From: Candidatus Uhrbacteria bacterium CG_4_9_14_3_um_filter_41_35
GTDB lineage: Bacteria > Patescibacteriota > Patescibacteriia > UBA9934
Direction of reading: 5' to 3'
NCBI GenBank assembly: GCA_002791275.1
Contig: PFWT01000009.1
Span: forward strand, 146,548 to 210,547
Length of the DNA stretch: 64,000 bases
Part shown: piece by piece, positions 40,250 to 49,685 of the stretch
Layout: the number at the start of each line of letters is the position of its first letter
How positions within the stretch are numbered: position 1 is the stretch's first letter
Made by a program: the position numbers and the translations under genes
The notes under the pieces: model-generated
Database searches by the model: none
What the model was told of the DNA's origin: nothing
The model's input: the letters and a program-made list of their open reading frames with translations, nothing else

Positions 40250-40556
40250 GCGATGGAATTCGTGAAGGTGGGACTAAACATCCACATACAGCTTTTTTAC
40301 GGCGTGTATTGAACAGTTTAAAGGATTAGCCACTCGAGTTTACTCGCTGACCGGTCGACTTCACTGTTCTTGACAGATTGGCCCCTTTTCAGAAGCAGGT
40401 TGAAATGCACAACCCTGGTCTTTTAATTAGTCAGTTTGTTTGTCTGCTCGCCGTAGAGTTACGGTGTACAGGAAACGATGGCGGAGGTTTGCCGAAGCAA
40501 TTTGTTATACCATCCTGACCAAATACCAATCTAGTCCACCTTCACGAACTCATCGC
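40250..40556 (-). ncRNA. Candidate ~310-nt structured non-coding RNA of unknown family
   Basis: ~25-bp closing helix joining both ends, many internal hairpins, own promoter and terminator, no ORF. Confidence 0.7.
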
Positions 40557-40565
40557 AGTTTGCGT

Positions 40566-40594
40566 AAGATAACAGATCAATCCATATTTGTCAA
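40566..40594 (-). promoter_or_regulatory. sigma70 promoter of candidate ncRNA
   Basis: TTGACA-17nt-TATCTT with extended -10 TG. Confidence 0.7.
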
Positions 40595-40683
40595 ATATAA
40601 TTAGCTAACCTTCAATTAATATTTATGAATAAAAAAATGACTATTCAAGGTCATTAGCAGTGCATTTCTACGATTTCGTCTCT

Positions 40684-40951
40684 TCAAAAGTTTGGTCTAA
40701 ACCACTCCGTATAAACGTAAACGGCAATATCAAGCTCCCGGTTTAGTAGCTTTTTTGGATCTAATTCGGTCAAATAGTATTTAGAAAGCATATACATATA
40801 GTACATGTTCAAAAGAATGGCGATAACCGCAATCAAGACCATAACACTACGGTGATAAAACGTCAGATACCAAAGATGGTACAAATTCGAAGAGGTAAAA
40901 AACAAAAGGAGCAAAAATTTAAGTTAGCGTCTTCAGTGATTGAATGAACAT
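40684..40951 (-). pseudogene. Possible frameshifted small membrane protein gene
   Basis: GAGGT SD and ATG at 40951 stop after 10 codons; hydrophobic ORF continues in another frame (40914-40684). Confidence 0.3.
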
Positions 40952-41063
40952 ACTACCTCTATTTTAAGTATTGCATCCAACTTAAGTTTATTTTTCAAAT
41001 TTGCCAATTTTTCTTTGTTAACATTAAAAAAATAACCAAACTAATATTTGGTTATTTTTTAGA

Positions 41064-41387
41064 TTATCGGTTGATCGCCACTGCCCCTCTATCTGGAGTT
41101 ATGTATTCAATTTTTGAAACCTTTGATAGTCCCAGCATTTGCACTCTAGTTGAAACACTGTCAACTGACTGAAGTTTGGCTACTTTTAAGTCTAGTTTGT
41201 CCTTCTCTAATTTCAAATCATCAATTGACTGAGACAGTTCACGCATTTCGTAACCCGCTGTGGCTGAAATATTGACCTGCCAAATATATGCAGAGCCGAG
41301 AACTATTGTAATCGAGACTAAAACAACCGGCAGTAAGCCATTGCTTTCGGTAAAACCTTTCAGTTGTTGATATTTTGTTTTAAACAT
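41064..41387 (-). CDS. ftsL: FtsL-like cell division protein
   Basis: TM, GYE, coiled coil, LGL; directly after rsmH. Confidence 0.7.
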   Translation of the reverse strand: MFKTKYQQLKGFTESNGLLPVVLVSITIVLGSAYIWQVNISATAGYEMRELSQSIDDLKLEKDKLDLKVAKLQSVDSVSTRVQMLGLSKVSKIEYITPDRGAVAINR

Positions 41388-41458
41388 ACCCTCCTATATT
41401 TAAGCGATGATGGTAACGGTAACAACGATTTAATCATTGTTACTAGTTACACTCACGG

Positions 41459-42316
41459 CTAGATTTTTTCTGCAATTCTTAATTTAGCACTTCGAGCCCG
41501 TTTGTTCTCCTTGATTTCGTCGTATTTCGGAACAATTGGTTTCTTCGTAACTTTTTCAAGCTGAGCCAAATCCTTTATCAGATTCTTGATCAATTTATCT
41601 TCAAGCGAGTGAAAACTGATTATAGCAAGTCGGCCACGGTTATTTAGCTGACTAACAGCCGAAGCGAAACCCTTTTCAATCTCACCAAACTCATCATTTA
41701 CCGCAATCCTGATCGCTTGGAATATTCGCGTAGCAGGATGCGCTTTTCCTCTGTGCTTGATAACATCTTCGACGACCTCAGCTAACTGAACAGTTGAAGT
41801 GATCCGAGATTTTTTTCTAGCAACAAAGATAGCTTTTGCAATTTCCCGTGCTTTCGGTTCTTCACCATAAACACGGAATAACTGAGCTAACTCTTCTTTT
41901 GACCATCCGTTAACAATCATCTCGGCAGTTAACTCTTGCGCCTTGTCGTAGCGCATATCAAGTGGGCCTTCTCGCAAGAAACTAAATCCACGGGAAGCGT
42001 CGTCAACATGAACAGACGAAAAGCCAAGATCGAACAGTATGGCGTCGGCTGGTGGTAAATCGTATTTACTCATGTTCCCGAAGGAATCTTTAATGAGCGT
42101 AATCTGATCTTTAAACTCCTTTAAATTTTGCCGAGCCTGATCCAAATTATTTTCATCCCGATCAAAGCCAATTAAGTGACCCTTAGGACCAATAATTTCT
42201 AAAATCATTTTGGCGTGACCGCCAAGACCAAGCGTTGCGTCAATTACAGTTGCACCAGGCTGTAAGTTCAGGCCCTCCAAAACCTCTTTAGCTAGTACCG
42301 GTATGTGTTTTGTCAT
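41459..42316 (-). CDS. rsmH: 16S rRNA m4C1402 methyltransferase
   Basis: HIPVL, DATLGLGGH, DLGFSS, GPLDMR, FQAIRIAVN, SFHSLED, RSAKLR. Confidence 0.97.
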   Translation of the reverse strand: MTKHIPVLAKEVLEGLNLQPGATVIDATLGLGGHAKMILEIIGPKGHLIGFDRDENNLDQARQNLKEFKDQITLIKDSFGNMSKYDLPPADAILFDLGFSSVHVDDASRGFSFLREGPLDMRYDKAQELTAEMIVNGWSKEELAQLFRVYGEEPKAREIAKAIFVARKKSRITSTVQLAEVVEDVIKHRGKAHPATRIFQAIRIAVNDEFGEIEKGFASAVSQLNNRGRLAIISFHSLEDKLIKNLIKDLAQLEKVTKKPIVPKYDEIKENKRARSAKLRIAEKI

Positions 42317-42324
42317 AAATTAGG

Positions 42325-42756
42325 CTAAATTCCAAACTCCCCTAGTTGCTCGGCAATCGAACCGGCGTTCTCTTCCGTTTGGCTTCTATAAATATCCCAA
42401 GTTTCTTCACTCCAAATTTCCAAACGGTTATGAACACCTACAATCACTACTTTTTTTGTTAACCCAGCGTACTCTCTCAAGTACTCGGGTATGACGAACC
42501 TGCCCTGCTTATCAAGCTGAACGTCCATTGCGCCAGCAAGCATGAGCCTGGCGAATGCACGCGAGTTTGCTTGCCCCAAGGGCAAACCGGCCAATTTTTC
42601 GGCGAGTTTCCCCCACTCCTCCAAGGAAAGCAGGAACAGCGAAGAATCTAAACCTCTAGTCACAACTGCACCTTGTGCGAGGTCTGGACGAAACTTCGTA
42701 GGAGTCGCAATTCGACCCTTTTCGTCAATTTGATGATGATATTCACCTATAAACAT
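42325..42756 (-). CDS. mraZ: Division/cell wall cluster transcriptional repressor
   Basis: MFIGEY, DEKGR, TRGLD, DKQGR, RLEIW. Confidence 0.97.
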   Translation of the reverse strand: MFIGEYHHQIDEKGRIATPTKFRPDLAQGAVVTRGLDSSLFLLSLEEWGKLAEKLAGLPLGQANSRAFARLMLAGAMDVQLDKQGRFVIPEYLREYAGLTKKVVIVGVHNRLEIWSEETWDIYRSQTEENAGSIAEQLGEFGI

Positions 42757-42952
42757 AGTGATGTTTTAGCTGTGAATGCTAATTTTGGTGCAGTTAATTA
42801 AAATCCCTGCCACGAAACGTCACAGCGAAGCGTAAACGTTTCGTGGGCGAAAATTCATGACAGGGGGAAATTCTCCGAAATAGGTCTTAACAAAACCACT
42901 AAAGCACAATAAAGGCTTTAGTCAGAGAGTACACATTAGCAGATCTATTCTG

Positions 42953-42990
42953 CCCCACTTTGTGCCTCAATACCTCCACTTTACCCCACT
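42953..42990 (-). promoter_or_regulatory. MraZ operator (GTGG direct repeats)
   Basis: Minus strand GTGGAAATAAA-GTGGGGTAAA-GTGGAGG...AAGTGGGG, ~10-nt period; DnaA box at 43025-43033. Confidence 0.75.
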
Positions 42991-43127
42991 TTATTTCCAC
43001 CCGCAACCATTTCAATCCATTGTGTGTGGATAAACAATTTTATTGGCTTATTTTAGTAAAATTTAATAAATAAAAAACGCATCACCGTTTGCGGCAATGC
43101 GCACAGATTCTAACCAATCCGGCCTAT

Positions 43128-43556
43128 CTACTTACCAGTCGGGACTTCCGTGAAGTCATCGTCTTTTCCCTCATACCTAGTCGATGACATCACCATAAGG
43201 ATGCATCCTTCGGGGATGGTCACCTTGTGCCAAGTGCCCGGCCGAATGAGGAGCGCCTCTTGCTCCCGGCCATTTAGTACCACCTGGTGAGTTGCGCCAT
43301 CTGGCGAAGTAACGAGATCAATAGTGATCTCGCCAAGCACAGCCATCATGATCTCCACCTTCCTCAAGTGGCTATGCAAGCCCACTGGAAACTCGGCGCT
43401 CGACTCGTCTACAACATAGACGTGTACGATGCCGTTCGGGAAATCATACGGGTAGCTCTCATAAGGACGTGTGTCCCTCAGCCTGCCCATCTTACCGGTA
43501 ACCGCCTTGTTGTGGCGAAACTGGAACGCTTTGAACACTTCAAACTTATTTAGCAC
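43128..43556 (-). CDS. FdtA/WxcM-like cupin (sugar 3,4-ketoisomerase-like)
   Basis: GLHSH...E, PGTWH, LMVMSS..Y; AAGGAG SD. Confidence 0.7.
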   Translation of the reverse strand: MLNKFEVFKAFQFRHNKAVTGKMGRLRDTRPYESYPYDFPNGIVHVYVVDESSAEFPVGLHSHLRKVEIMMAVLGEITIDLVTSPDGATHQVVLNGREQEALLIRPGTWHKVTIPEGCILMVMSSTRYEGKDDDFTEVPTGK

Positions 43557-43695
43557 GATCTTTCTCCTTGAAATAGATCTAATAATAAACTAGCATACTA
43601 TGTATTAGTTTGTCAAGATAATTATCTAGTTTTAATCTTACATTTTTAACCAACTAAGACTGGAACATTTGATTTTCTGCTCTCATTAGTAAAAT

Positions 43696-44262
43696 ATGAA
43701 TACTCAAAAGATCAAAACAATAGAAGAATATTTAAATTCACATTCCTCTCAAATGGAAGAGATTATTGATAATTTAGTCGAATTTGCCACACTCCATCCT
43801 GGTCATATAGTGCCTCAGGCCTATTTTCAAATGTTAGCTCGAATTGTCCCACAGTGTTCAATTGAACTAATGATTTTAAAAAAAATAGAAGATGAAGTTC
43901 AGATTTTTCTAATACAAAGACCTGAAAATGATCCAGAGTGGCCAAATAAATGGCACTTTCCAGGCTGTATTATGCGGTTCGATGATACTGAAAAAACAAT
44001 GTTAGACAGGTTGCTAAACGATGAACTACAAAACAGCAACCTGAAACCAAACCTAGCTTTTACATACGTGACTACCAGCAAAACTAGACGCCGTGGTCCG
44101 TGTATGCATTTGGTACATATCGAAAAAGTAGTACCGAATACGGAATTTGAAACTGGTCAGTTTTATAATATCAACAAGCTTCCAGAAAAAACAATTCATC
44201 ACCACCGAGATATGATTGGTGAAATGAAAACTAGGTGGCTCAAAACTAATTTTTTTGACTAA
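43696..44262 (+). CDS. NUDIX-like hydrolase with degenerate Nudix box
   Basis: IFLIQRP..DP.WPNKWHFPG...RLLNDEL. Confidence 0.65.
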   Translation: MNTQKIKTIEEYLNSHSSQMEEIIDNLVEFATLHPGHIVPQAYFQMLARIVPQCSIELMILKKIEDEVQIFLIQRPENDPEWPNKWHFPGCIMRFDDTEKTMLDRLLNDELQNSNLKPNLAFTYVTTSKTRRRGPCMHLVHIEKVVPNTEFETGQFYNINKLPEKTIHHHRDMIGEMKTRWLKTNFFD

Positions 44263-44331
44263 TCTTTAAATAACCAGCTTGACTACAGGCTGGTTATACA
44301 TTAAGGTAGGTTCGCAACATGGAGTTCATAA

Positions 44332-44715
44332 ATGAGCCAAAAACAGCGACCACACGTCCTCATAATAAATGAAAAACACGGCGTTCCTGAGGATGCTCTG
44401 CCTTTTTTAGGCAAGTACTATGGAGATGTTGAGGCTCATAAGATCACGAGCTATCGCGGTCTAGAGCAATCTTTAAAAGAAGGGATCAACCAGTTTTCGC
44501 TGGTTATCGCCACGGCGTCATTCGTTGAATACGACCTGTATGCCAACTGGAAGCAAATCCTTCACCAAATCCTGCGTCATCCTGATGCTCCGCCGATCAT
44601 CATGGTTTCAAAAAGCCAAGGTTTTCTCGACAACCTGAAAGGCATCGACGACCGTCTACATCTAGTGAATACACCAGAAGAATGTGCCGAGCTGGTGGAA
44701 CAGCTCCTCTTCTAA
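44332..44715 (+). CDS. Hypothetical protein, degenerate receiver-like fold
   Basis: HVLIINE...LVI...PPIIMVS; TTGACT-17-TAAGGT promoter, terminator at 44716-44738. Confidence 0.55.
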   Translation: MSQKQRPHVLIINEKHGVPEDALPFLGKYYGDVEAHKITSYRGLEQSLKEGINQFSLVIATASFVEYDLYANWKQILHQILRHPDAPPIIMVSKSQGFLDNLKGIDDRLHLVNTPEECAELVEQLLF

Positions 44716-44760
44716 GCCCGCAACCGCGGGTTTTTTTATGACAAAATAAAGGCTAGGCCC

Positions 44761-46095
44761 TTATTTTTTCTTTTTTATCCCCGAAGCCTTCGAGCGCAAC
44801 TCTTTGTGATACTTCACCGCAAAGCGATGCGATTCATCGCGAGCCTTCTGAAACAGTTCCTTTCCGCGCCCAGCTACCTGAAGTAAATTTGTGTTTGATC
44901 TATCGTAAACCATTCGGTCTTGTTTGCGATCAAAACCTTTTGCGAGACCAATAATCGAAACCTTCACTCCCAGCTCATCCAAAACTTTTTGGACTCTGTT
45001 CACCTGTGGCTTTCCGCCGTCGATGACCATCACCTCCGGAAGTGGCCAAGATTTTGGACTGATTTCCGCTCTTCGTAAACGCCGGCGCATCACTTCCTCC
45101 ATCATCGCCGTGTCGTTCGCTCCGATCACGGTTTTGATTTTAAACTTACGGTAATCTTCTTTTGACGCCCTACCCTCCTTAAACACCACCATCGAACCCA
45201 CAGCAGAAGTGCCGCTAATGTTTGAAATATCATAGGCCTCAATTCGACCCTCAAGATCTATAGTCGACTCTAGCCGAACTTTTGAAAACGGTAAATCAAC
45301 ATCCTCCTTGGTGATAAACGCCACGTCCCTAATGTGTGTTAAGGCGTAAATATTATTTCGAAGCACTGCCGCTCGCTCGAACTCCATATTTTTTGAAGCT
45401 GTGAGCATTTCCGTTTCTAGCGATTTAAGCAACCTTCCTTTTTTACCCTCAAAAAACAGCATTAACTGTTTAATTATTTTTCGATATTCCTGTTTACTGA
45501 TCTCCCCACTGCAAACACCCGGGCACTGTTTAATATGCCGATAAAAACAGGGCTTTGATTTTTTTGAAACTGAAGGTGGTTCACAAATACTCCAGGGAAT
45601 CATTTTGCGGAGAAACTCTAAAGCTTTTTTTAGCTGATAACCGCTGGTGTACGGTCCATAGATAGCCAAGAATTTTTTTCGAGCCTTTTCGGAGAGTTCA
45701 CTTTTAAACGGGTCAACATCTATCTTTTCAAGATCAAGCCCACGGAACATTAACGGCTTCGGAAACTCTTCATTCGTAATCCCTAGATAAAGATAACTTT
45801 TATCGTCGCGCATTAGAATATTGTACGGTGGTTTTAGAACTTTAATTTTATTTGCCTCAAGTACTAAAGCCTCAATCACTGTTGGGGTTTGAATGTAATC
45901 TATCCGTCGAATTCTGGTAACCAACTCCCCAATCCGATTATCGTGCGCTTTAGTGAAGTAAGAGTTAACTCGATTCTTGAGTGACGTTGCTTTTCCAACA
46001 TACAAAATCTCGTCATTTTCATCAAAATAAAAGTACACCCCCGGTGAATCCGGTAGCTCGTTATTTTTAATAATAATGTTATCTCGAATTGCCAT
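44761..46095 (-). CDS. uvrC: Excinuclease ABC subunit C (short, no HhH tail)
   Basis: PGVY..YVGKA GIY-YIG, Cys cluster, UVR domain, IEAYDISN, IDGGKPQ, RDESHRFA. Confidence 0.92.
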   Translation of the reverse strand: MAIRDNIIIKNNELPDSPGVYFYFDENDEILYVGKATSLKNRVNSYFTKAHDNRIGELVTRIRRIDYIQTPTVIEALVLEANKIKVLKPPYNILMRDDKSYLYLGITNEEFPKPLMFRGLDLEKIDVDPFKSELSEKARKKFLAIYGPYTSGYQLKKALEFLRKMIPWSICEPPSVSKKSKPCFYRHIKQCPGVCSGEISKQEYRKIIKQLMLFFEGKKGRLLKSLETEMLTASKNMEFERAAVLRNNIYALTHIRDVAFITKEDVDLPFSKVRLESTIDLEGRIEAYDISNISGTSAVGSMVVFKEGRASKEDYRKFKIKTVIGANDTAMMEEVMRRRLRRAEISPKSWPLPEVMVIDGGKPQVNRVQKVLDELGVKVSIIGLAKGFDRKQDRMVYDRSNTNLLQVAGRGKELFQKARDESHRFAVKYHKELRSKASGIKKKK

Positions 46096-46148
46096 TTTTT
46101 TGCTTATTGTAGCTTATAGTCTAGCTTCTACTTAGTAATCAGGCAATG

Positions 46149-46468
46149 GGATTCTTCGGTGTGGTCCACGTTAACCTCAGAATGACGGGGTTTGTAATTT
46201 TCTCCGAGGTGCCAAGCGCCAGGCTCAGAATGATGGTTTAGTTTTTGACGATACGGTTTCGTTATTCTGACGCTTATCATTCATACTCCACACTCATACC
46301 GTCATCCTGAAGCGAGCGCCAGGTTACGCTGAAGGATCTCCTTCGTTTAGCCGAACCAACATTTGCTTAGTGATCCAGTAATAAGATTCTTCGCCGTGGT
46401 TCACGCCAGGCTCAGAATGACAGGGCGATTAGATTCTTCGGTGTGATCCACGTTCACCTCAAAATGAC
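46149..46468. repeat. REP/BIME-like repeat array 2
   Basis: Four full and one partial copies of AGATTCTTCG...CTCAGAATGAC / GTCATCCTGAAG...GAAGGATCT. Confidence 0.85.
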
Positions 46469-46580
46469 CGTTTAGTAGTTATTGTTTAATTTAGTATTTT
46501 CCACTACCTCTAGCTCCGAAGCTTAACATCGTAATATCTTCAGTTTCAAATAACCTAAGGCAATACCCAAAACCTAAACA

Positions 46581-49100
46581 CTACTTCAACATCTTTTTCA
46601 AATACTTCCCTGTATAACTTTCCGCAGTTCGGGCAACCTCCTCTGGTGTGCCTTCGACCACGATTGTCCCACCGTCCACTCCACCTTCTGGACCAAGATC
46701 GATAATCCAATCTGAAGTTTTAATTACGTCGAGGTTATGCTCAATAATAATTACTGAGTTTCCTTTTTCAACTAGTTTATGCAGAACGTCTAGTAATTTT
46801 TGTATATCTTCAAAGTGCAGTCCGGTTGTTGGCTCATCGAGCAGATACAGAGTCCGCCCAGTTTGACGTTTGCTAAGCTCGTTTGCAAGTTTTACTCGTT
46901 GCGCTTCCCCACCTGACAGTGTTGGCGCTGGTTGACCAAGTTTTAAGTAGCCGAGTCCAACATCAGTTAACGTCTTTACCTTAGTGTAAATCATTGGCAC
47001 ATCCTTAAAGAAATCAACCGCCTCCTCGATTGTGAGATCAAGTACCTGTGAAATATTCTTATTGTTCCAAGTTACCTCCAGTGTTTCTCGATTAAAGCGT
47101 TTTCCTTTACAAACATCACACTCCACATAAACCGTTGGCAAAAAGTGCATTTCGATCGCAATTTCACCATGACCTTCACAGTTATCACACCGACCACCTG
47201 GTCGGTTAAAACTAAAACGACCGACTTTATACCCGCGGAATTTTGCCTCTTCGGTTGAGGCAAAGATATCGCGTATCGGTGTCCAACAACCGGTGTATGT
47301 TGCCGGATTCGATCTTGAAGATCGACCAATCGCTGACTGATCCATCAAAATCGCCTTATCAATATACTCAACTCCCAAAACTGATTTATGCTCCCCTGGT
47401 TTTGCTTTACTCTGATAAAGCTTTTTGGCAATTGATTTATACATAATCTCAAACATAAGTGTGGATTTTCCGGATCCAGATACCCCAGTTACACACACAA
47501 AACGACGAAGTGGAATGTCTACGTTTACATTTTTAAGATTATTCGCTACCGCTCCCCGAATTTTAATTGCATCCTTACCGATCTTTAATCGATCACGAGA
47601 AATTGAAACCTTTTTGTCACCCCGCAAATAGGCTGCAGTGTTTGAGTTTTTGTCGTTTAGAATCTCAGGCATTGGCCCAGCAGCCACGATTTGACCACCA
47701 TGAACACCGGCCGCTGGTCCGATTTCAACCATATAATCCGATCGGCGAATTGTATCTTCATCGTGCTCAACCACGATTACAGTGTTACCAATATCCCGCA
47801 AGTTTTCGAGGGTTCGAATCAACTGTTCATTATCACGCTGATGTAAACCAATTGTTGGCTCATCAAGTACGTAAAGCGCACCCACTAAGCGTGAGCCAAT
47901 CTGCGAAGCTAGGCGAATACGTTGTGCCTCACCCCCTGAAAGCGATCCCGCTTTTCTATTTAAAGTCAGATAATGCAAACCAACGTCCAGCATAAACGTT
48001 AGTCGATTTTCAACCTCTTTCAAAACAGTGCCAGCAATTTCCTGAGTTCTATCGTTTAGATCAATATTAATTATGAACTCAGCCGCCTCGTTAATCGTCA
48101 TGTTTGTGAAATCAACAATGTTGATACCATTGATCAACACCGACATTGCCTCCGGCCGGAGTCGGTTTCCGTTACAGGTTGTGCAAATATCTTCGGAGAA
48201 AATTTCTTCTGTTCCTAAACCGCCACAGTCTGGACAGGCTCCGTAGGGACTGTTAAAACTAAAGAGTCGAGGCTCAATTTCCGGAAACGAAAATCCACAA
48301 TCAACACAACTAAATTTAGTCGAAAGTAAACGCTCGCTTCCGTCAGCATAAATAACTCCTGCTAGATCATGACCAGTTTCAATCGCACGTTCAAGAGCCT
48401 CACTTAAACGCTGACGATCGTCTTTTTTGGGACTTTTGAGCATTACCTCTGGAATTGTATCGATAATTACCTCGATTGTGTGGGCTTTATACCTAGATAA
48501 CTCAATTTTTTCGGAAAGACGGTGGATTTTGCCGTCAATTCTAACCTTGGCAAAACCAGAGTTGTACAGATCATACAGAAGTTGATAATAGTTTCCTTTT
48601 CGCCCCCTGATCATTGGCGCTAAAATTATCACCTCGTTTGTATTTTTTGACTGCTTTTTTTCGGCCTGCACCTCCCTAATTACAATATCCGTCATCTCAT
48701 CGATGGTCAGTTTTTCAATCTTGTGGTTACAGGTCGGGCAATGAGGGTCGCCAATTCGGGCAAATAAAACTCGAAGATAGTCATAAATCTCGGTAACCGT
48801 TGCTACAGTAGACCTTGGGTTTCGCGAGTGCGCTTTTTGATCAATTGAAATTGCTGGTGACAACCCTTCAATTTCGTCAACATCCGGCTTTTGCATCTGT
48901 CCCAAGAACTGCCGAGCGTAGGCAGAAAGTGATTCAATATATCGTCTCTGCCCTTCAGCAAAGATAGTGTCAAACGCCAGTGACGATTTTCCACTACCCG
49001 ATAATCCCGTAAAACAAACCATCTTATTTCGAGGAATTTCCAAACTAATATTTTTCAGATTATGCTCACGCGCCCCTTTTATTGTAATTTTATCTTTCAT
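46581..49100 (-). CDS. uvrA: Excinuclease ABC subunit A
   Basis: [14 protein letters not shown], two [17 protein letters not shown], Zn fingers. Confidence 0.98.
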   Translation of the reverse strand: MKDKITIKGAREHNLKNISLEIPRNKMVCFTGLSGSGKSSLAFDTIFAEGQRRYIESLSAYARQFLGQMQKPDVDEIEGLSPAISIDQKAHSRNPRSTVATVTEIYDYLRVLFARIGDPHCPTCNHKIEKLTIDEMTDIVIREVQAEKKQSKNTNEVIILAPMIRGRKGNYYQLLYDLYNSGFAKVRIDGKIHRLSEKIELSRYKAHTIEVIIDTIPEVMLKSPKKDDRQRLSEALERAIETGHDLAGVIYADGSERLLSTKFSCVDCGFSFPEIEPRLFSFNSPYGACPDCGGLGTEEIFSEDICTTCNGNRLRPEAMSVLINGINIVDFTNMTINEAAEFIINIDLNDRTQEIAGTVLKEVENRLTFMLDVGLHYLTLNRKAGSLSGGEAQRIRLASQIGSRLVGALYVLDEPTIGLHQRDNEQLIRTLENLRDIGNTVIVVEHDEDTIRRSDYMVEIGPAAGVHGGQIVAAGPMPEILNDKNSNTAAYLRGDKKVSISRDRLKIGKDAIKIRGAVANNLKNVNVDIPLRRFVCVTGVSGSGKSTLMFEIMYKSIAKKLYQSKAKPGEHKSVLGVEYIDKAILMDQSAIGRSSRSNPATYTGCWTPIRDIFASTEEAKFRGYKVGRFSFNRPGGRCDNCEGHGEIAIEMHFLPTVYVECDVCKGKRFNRETLEVTWNNKNISQVLDLTIEEAVDFFKDVPMIYTKVKTLTDVGLGYLKLGQPAPTLSGGEAQRVKLANELSKRQTGRTLYLLDEPTTGLHFEDIQKLLDVLHKLVEKGNSVIIIEHNLDVIKTSDWIIDLGPEGGVDGGTIVVEGTPEEVARTAESYTGKYLKKMLK

Positions 49101-49168
49101 ATTTTTATTTTCAATTTGATTTGCTATAATTCTAAAGTTCCTTCTCCTTTACAAGCTACGAGGTTAGA

Positions 49169-49657
49169 ATGTCTACCAAGAATGAAAAGCAAGATTTCGG
49201 CTATGGTGGTCTACGTGCGCCGGGAAAGCCAAAACCGGTGCGAGTTCCAGACCCATCTGTTAACATCGAGCTTCCAGAAGTCACCGGCTCTATATATCGA
49301 ACCGATGAAGCTGGCATCCCGATTATTCCTCAAAGAATCTGGAGAGAACCAAAGTCGGATATTGGCTACCATCCGAACTGGCGCTTTCACTTCATTCTCA
49401 TAGAAGGCCTTTCCTACAACAGGATGCAAGCCATCCCCTCTCTTATTGAATGGCTTGTTGATCACCTGGACGTTGACTTCAGTGATCTGAGCACGGCGCT
49501 AGCTTTTCTGAAAGAGGCTTACAATAGCGAAAACCGAGAGAATTTTCCAAAGTGGGCCGAGTACTACCTGATAGACTATTGCGCTGAAAACAACATCAAA
49601 CTTCAGCCAGAGATTGCTAGCAACGTAGTCAATCCCTTGGTACCTAGGCGCTGTTAA
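49169..49657 (+). CDS. Hypothetical protein (ORFan) between uvrA and uvrB
   Basis: 162 aa, GAGGT SD, hairpin at 49667-49686. Confidence 0.65.
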   Translation: MSTKNEKQDFGYGGLRAPGKPKPVRVPDPSVNIELPEVTGSIYRTDEAGIPIIPQRIWREPKSDIGYHPNWRFHFILIEGLSYNRMQAIPSLIEWLVDHLDVDFSDLSTALAFLKEAYNSENRENFPKWAEYYLIDYCAENNIKLQPEIASNVVNPLVPRRC

Positions 49658-49685
49658 ACCTTACTGAGCCCCGCCCCTGCGGGTC

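Noticed and set aside
40250-40556. RNase P RNA, tmRNA, SRP RNA or retron msr-msd
   Set aside because: Diagnostic motifs absent and no reverse transcriptase nearby; kept as unknown ncRNA
49101-49168. LexA/SOS box upstream of uvrA
   Set aside because: No recognisable CTGT-N8-ACAG or GAAC-N4-GTTC palindrome
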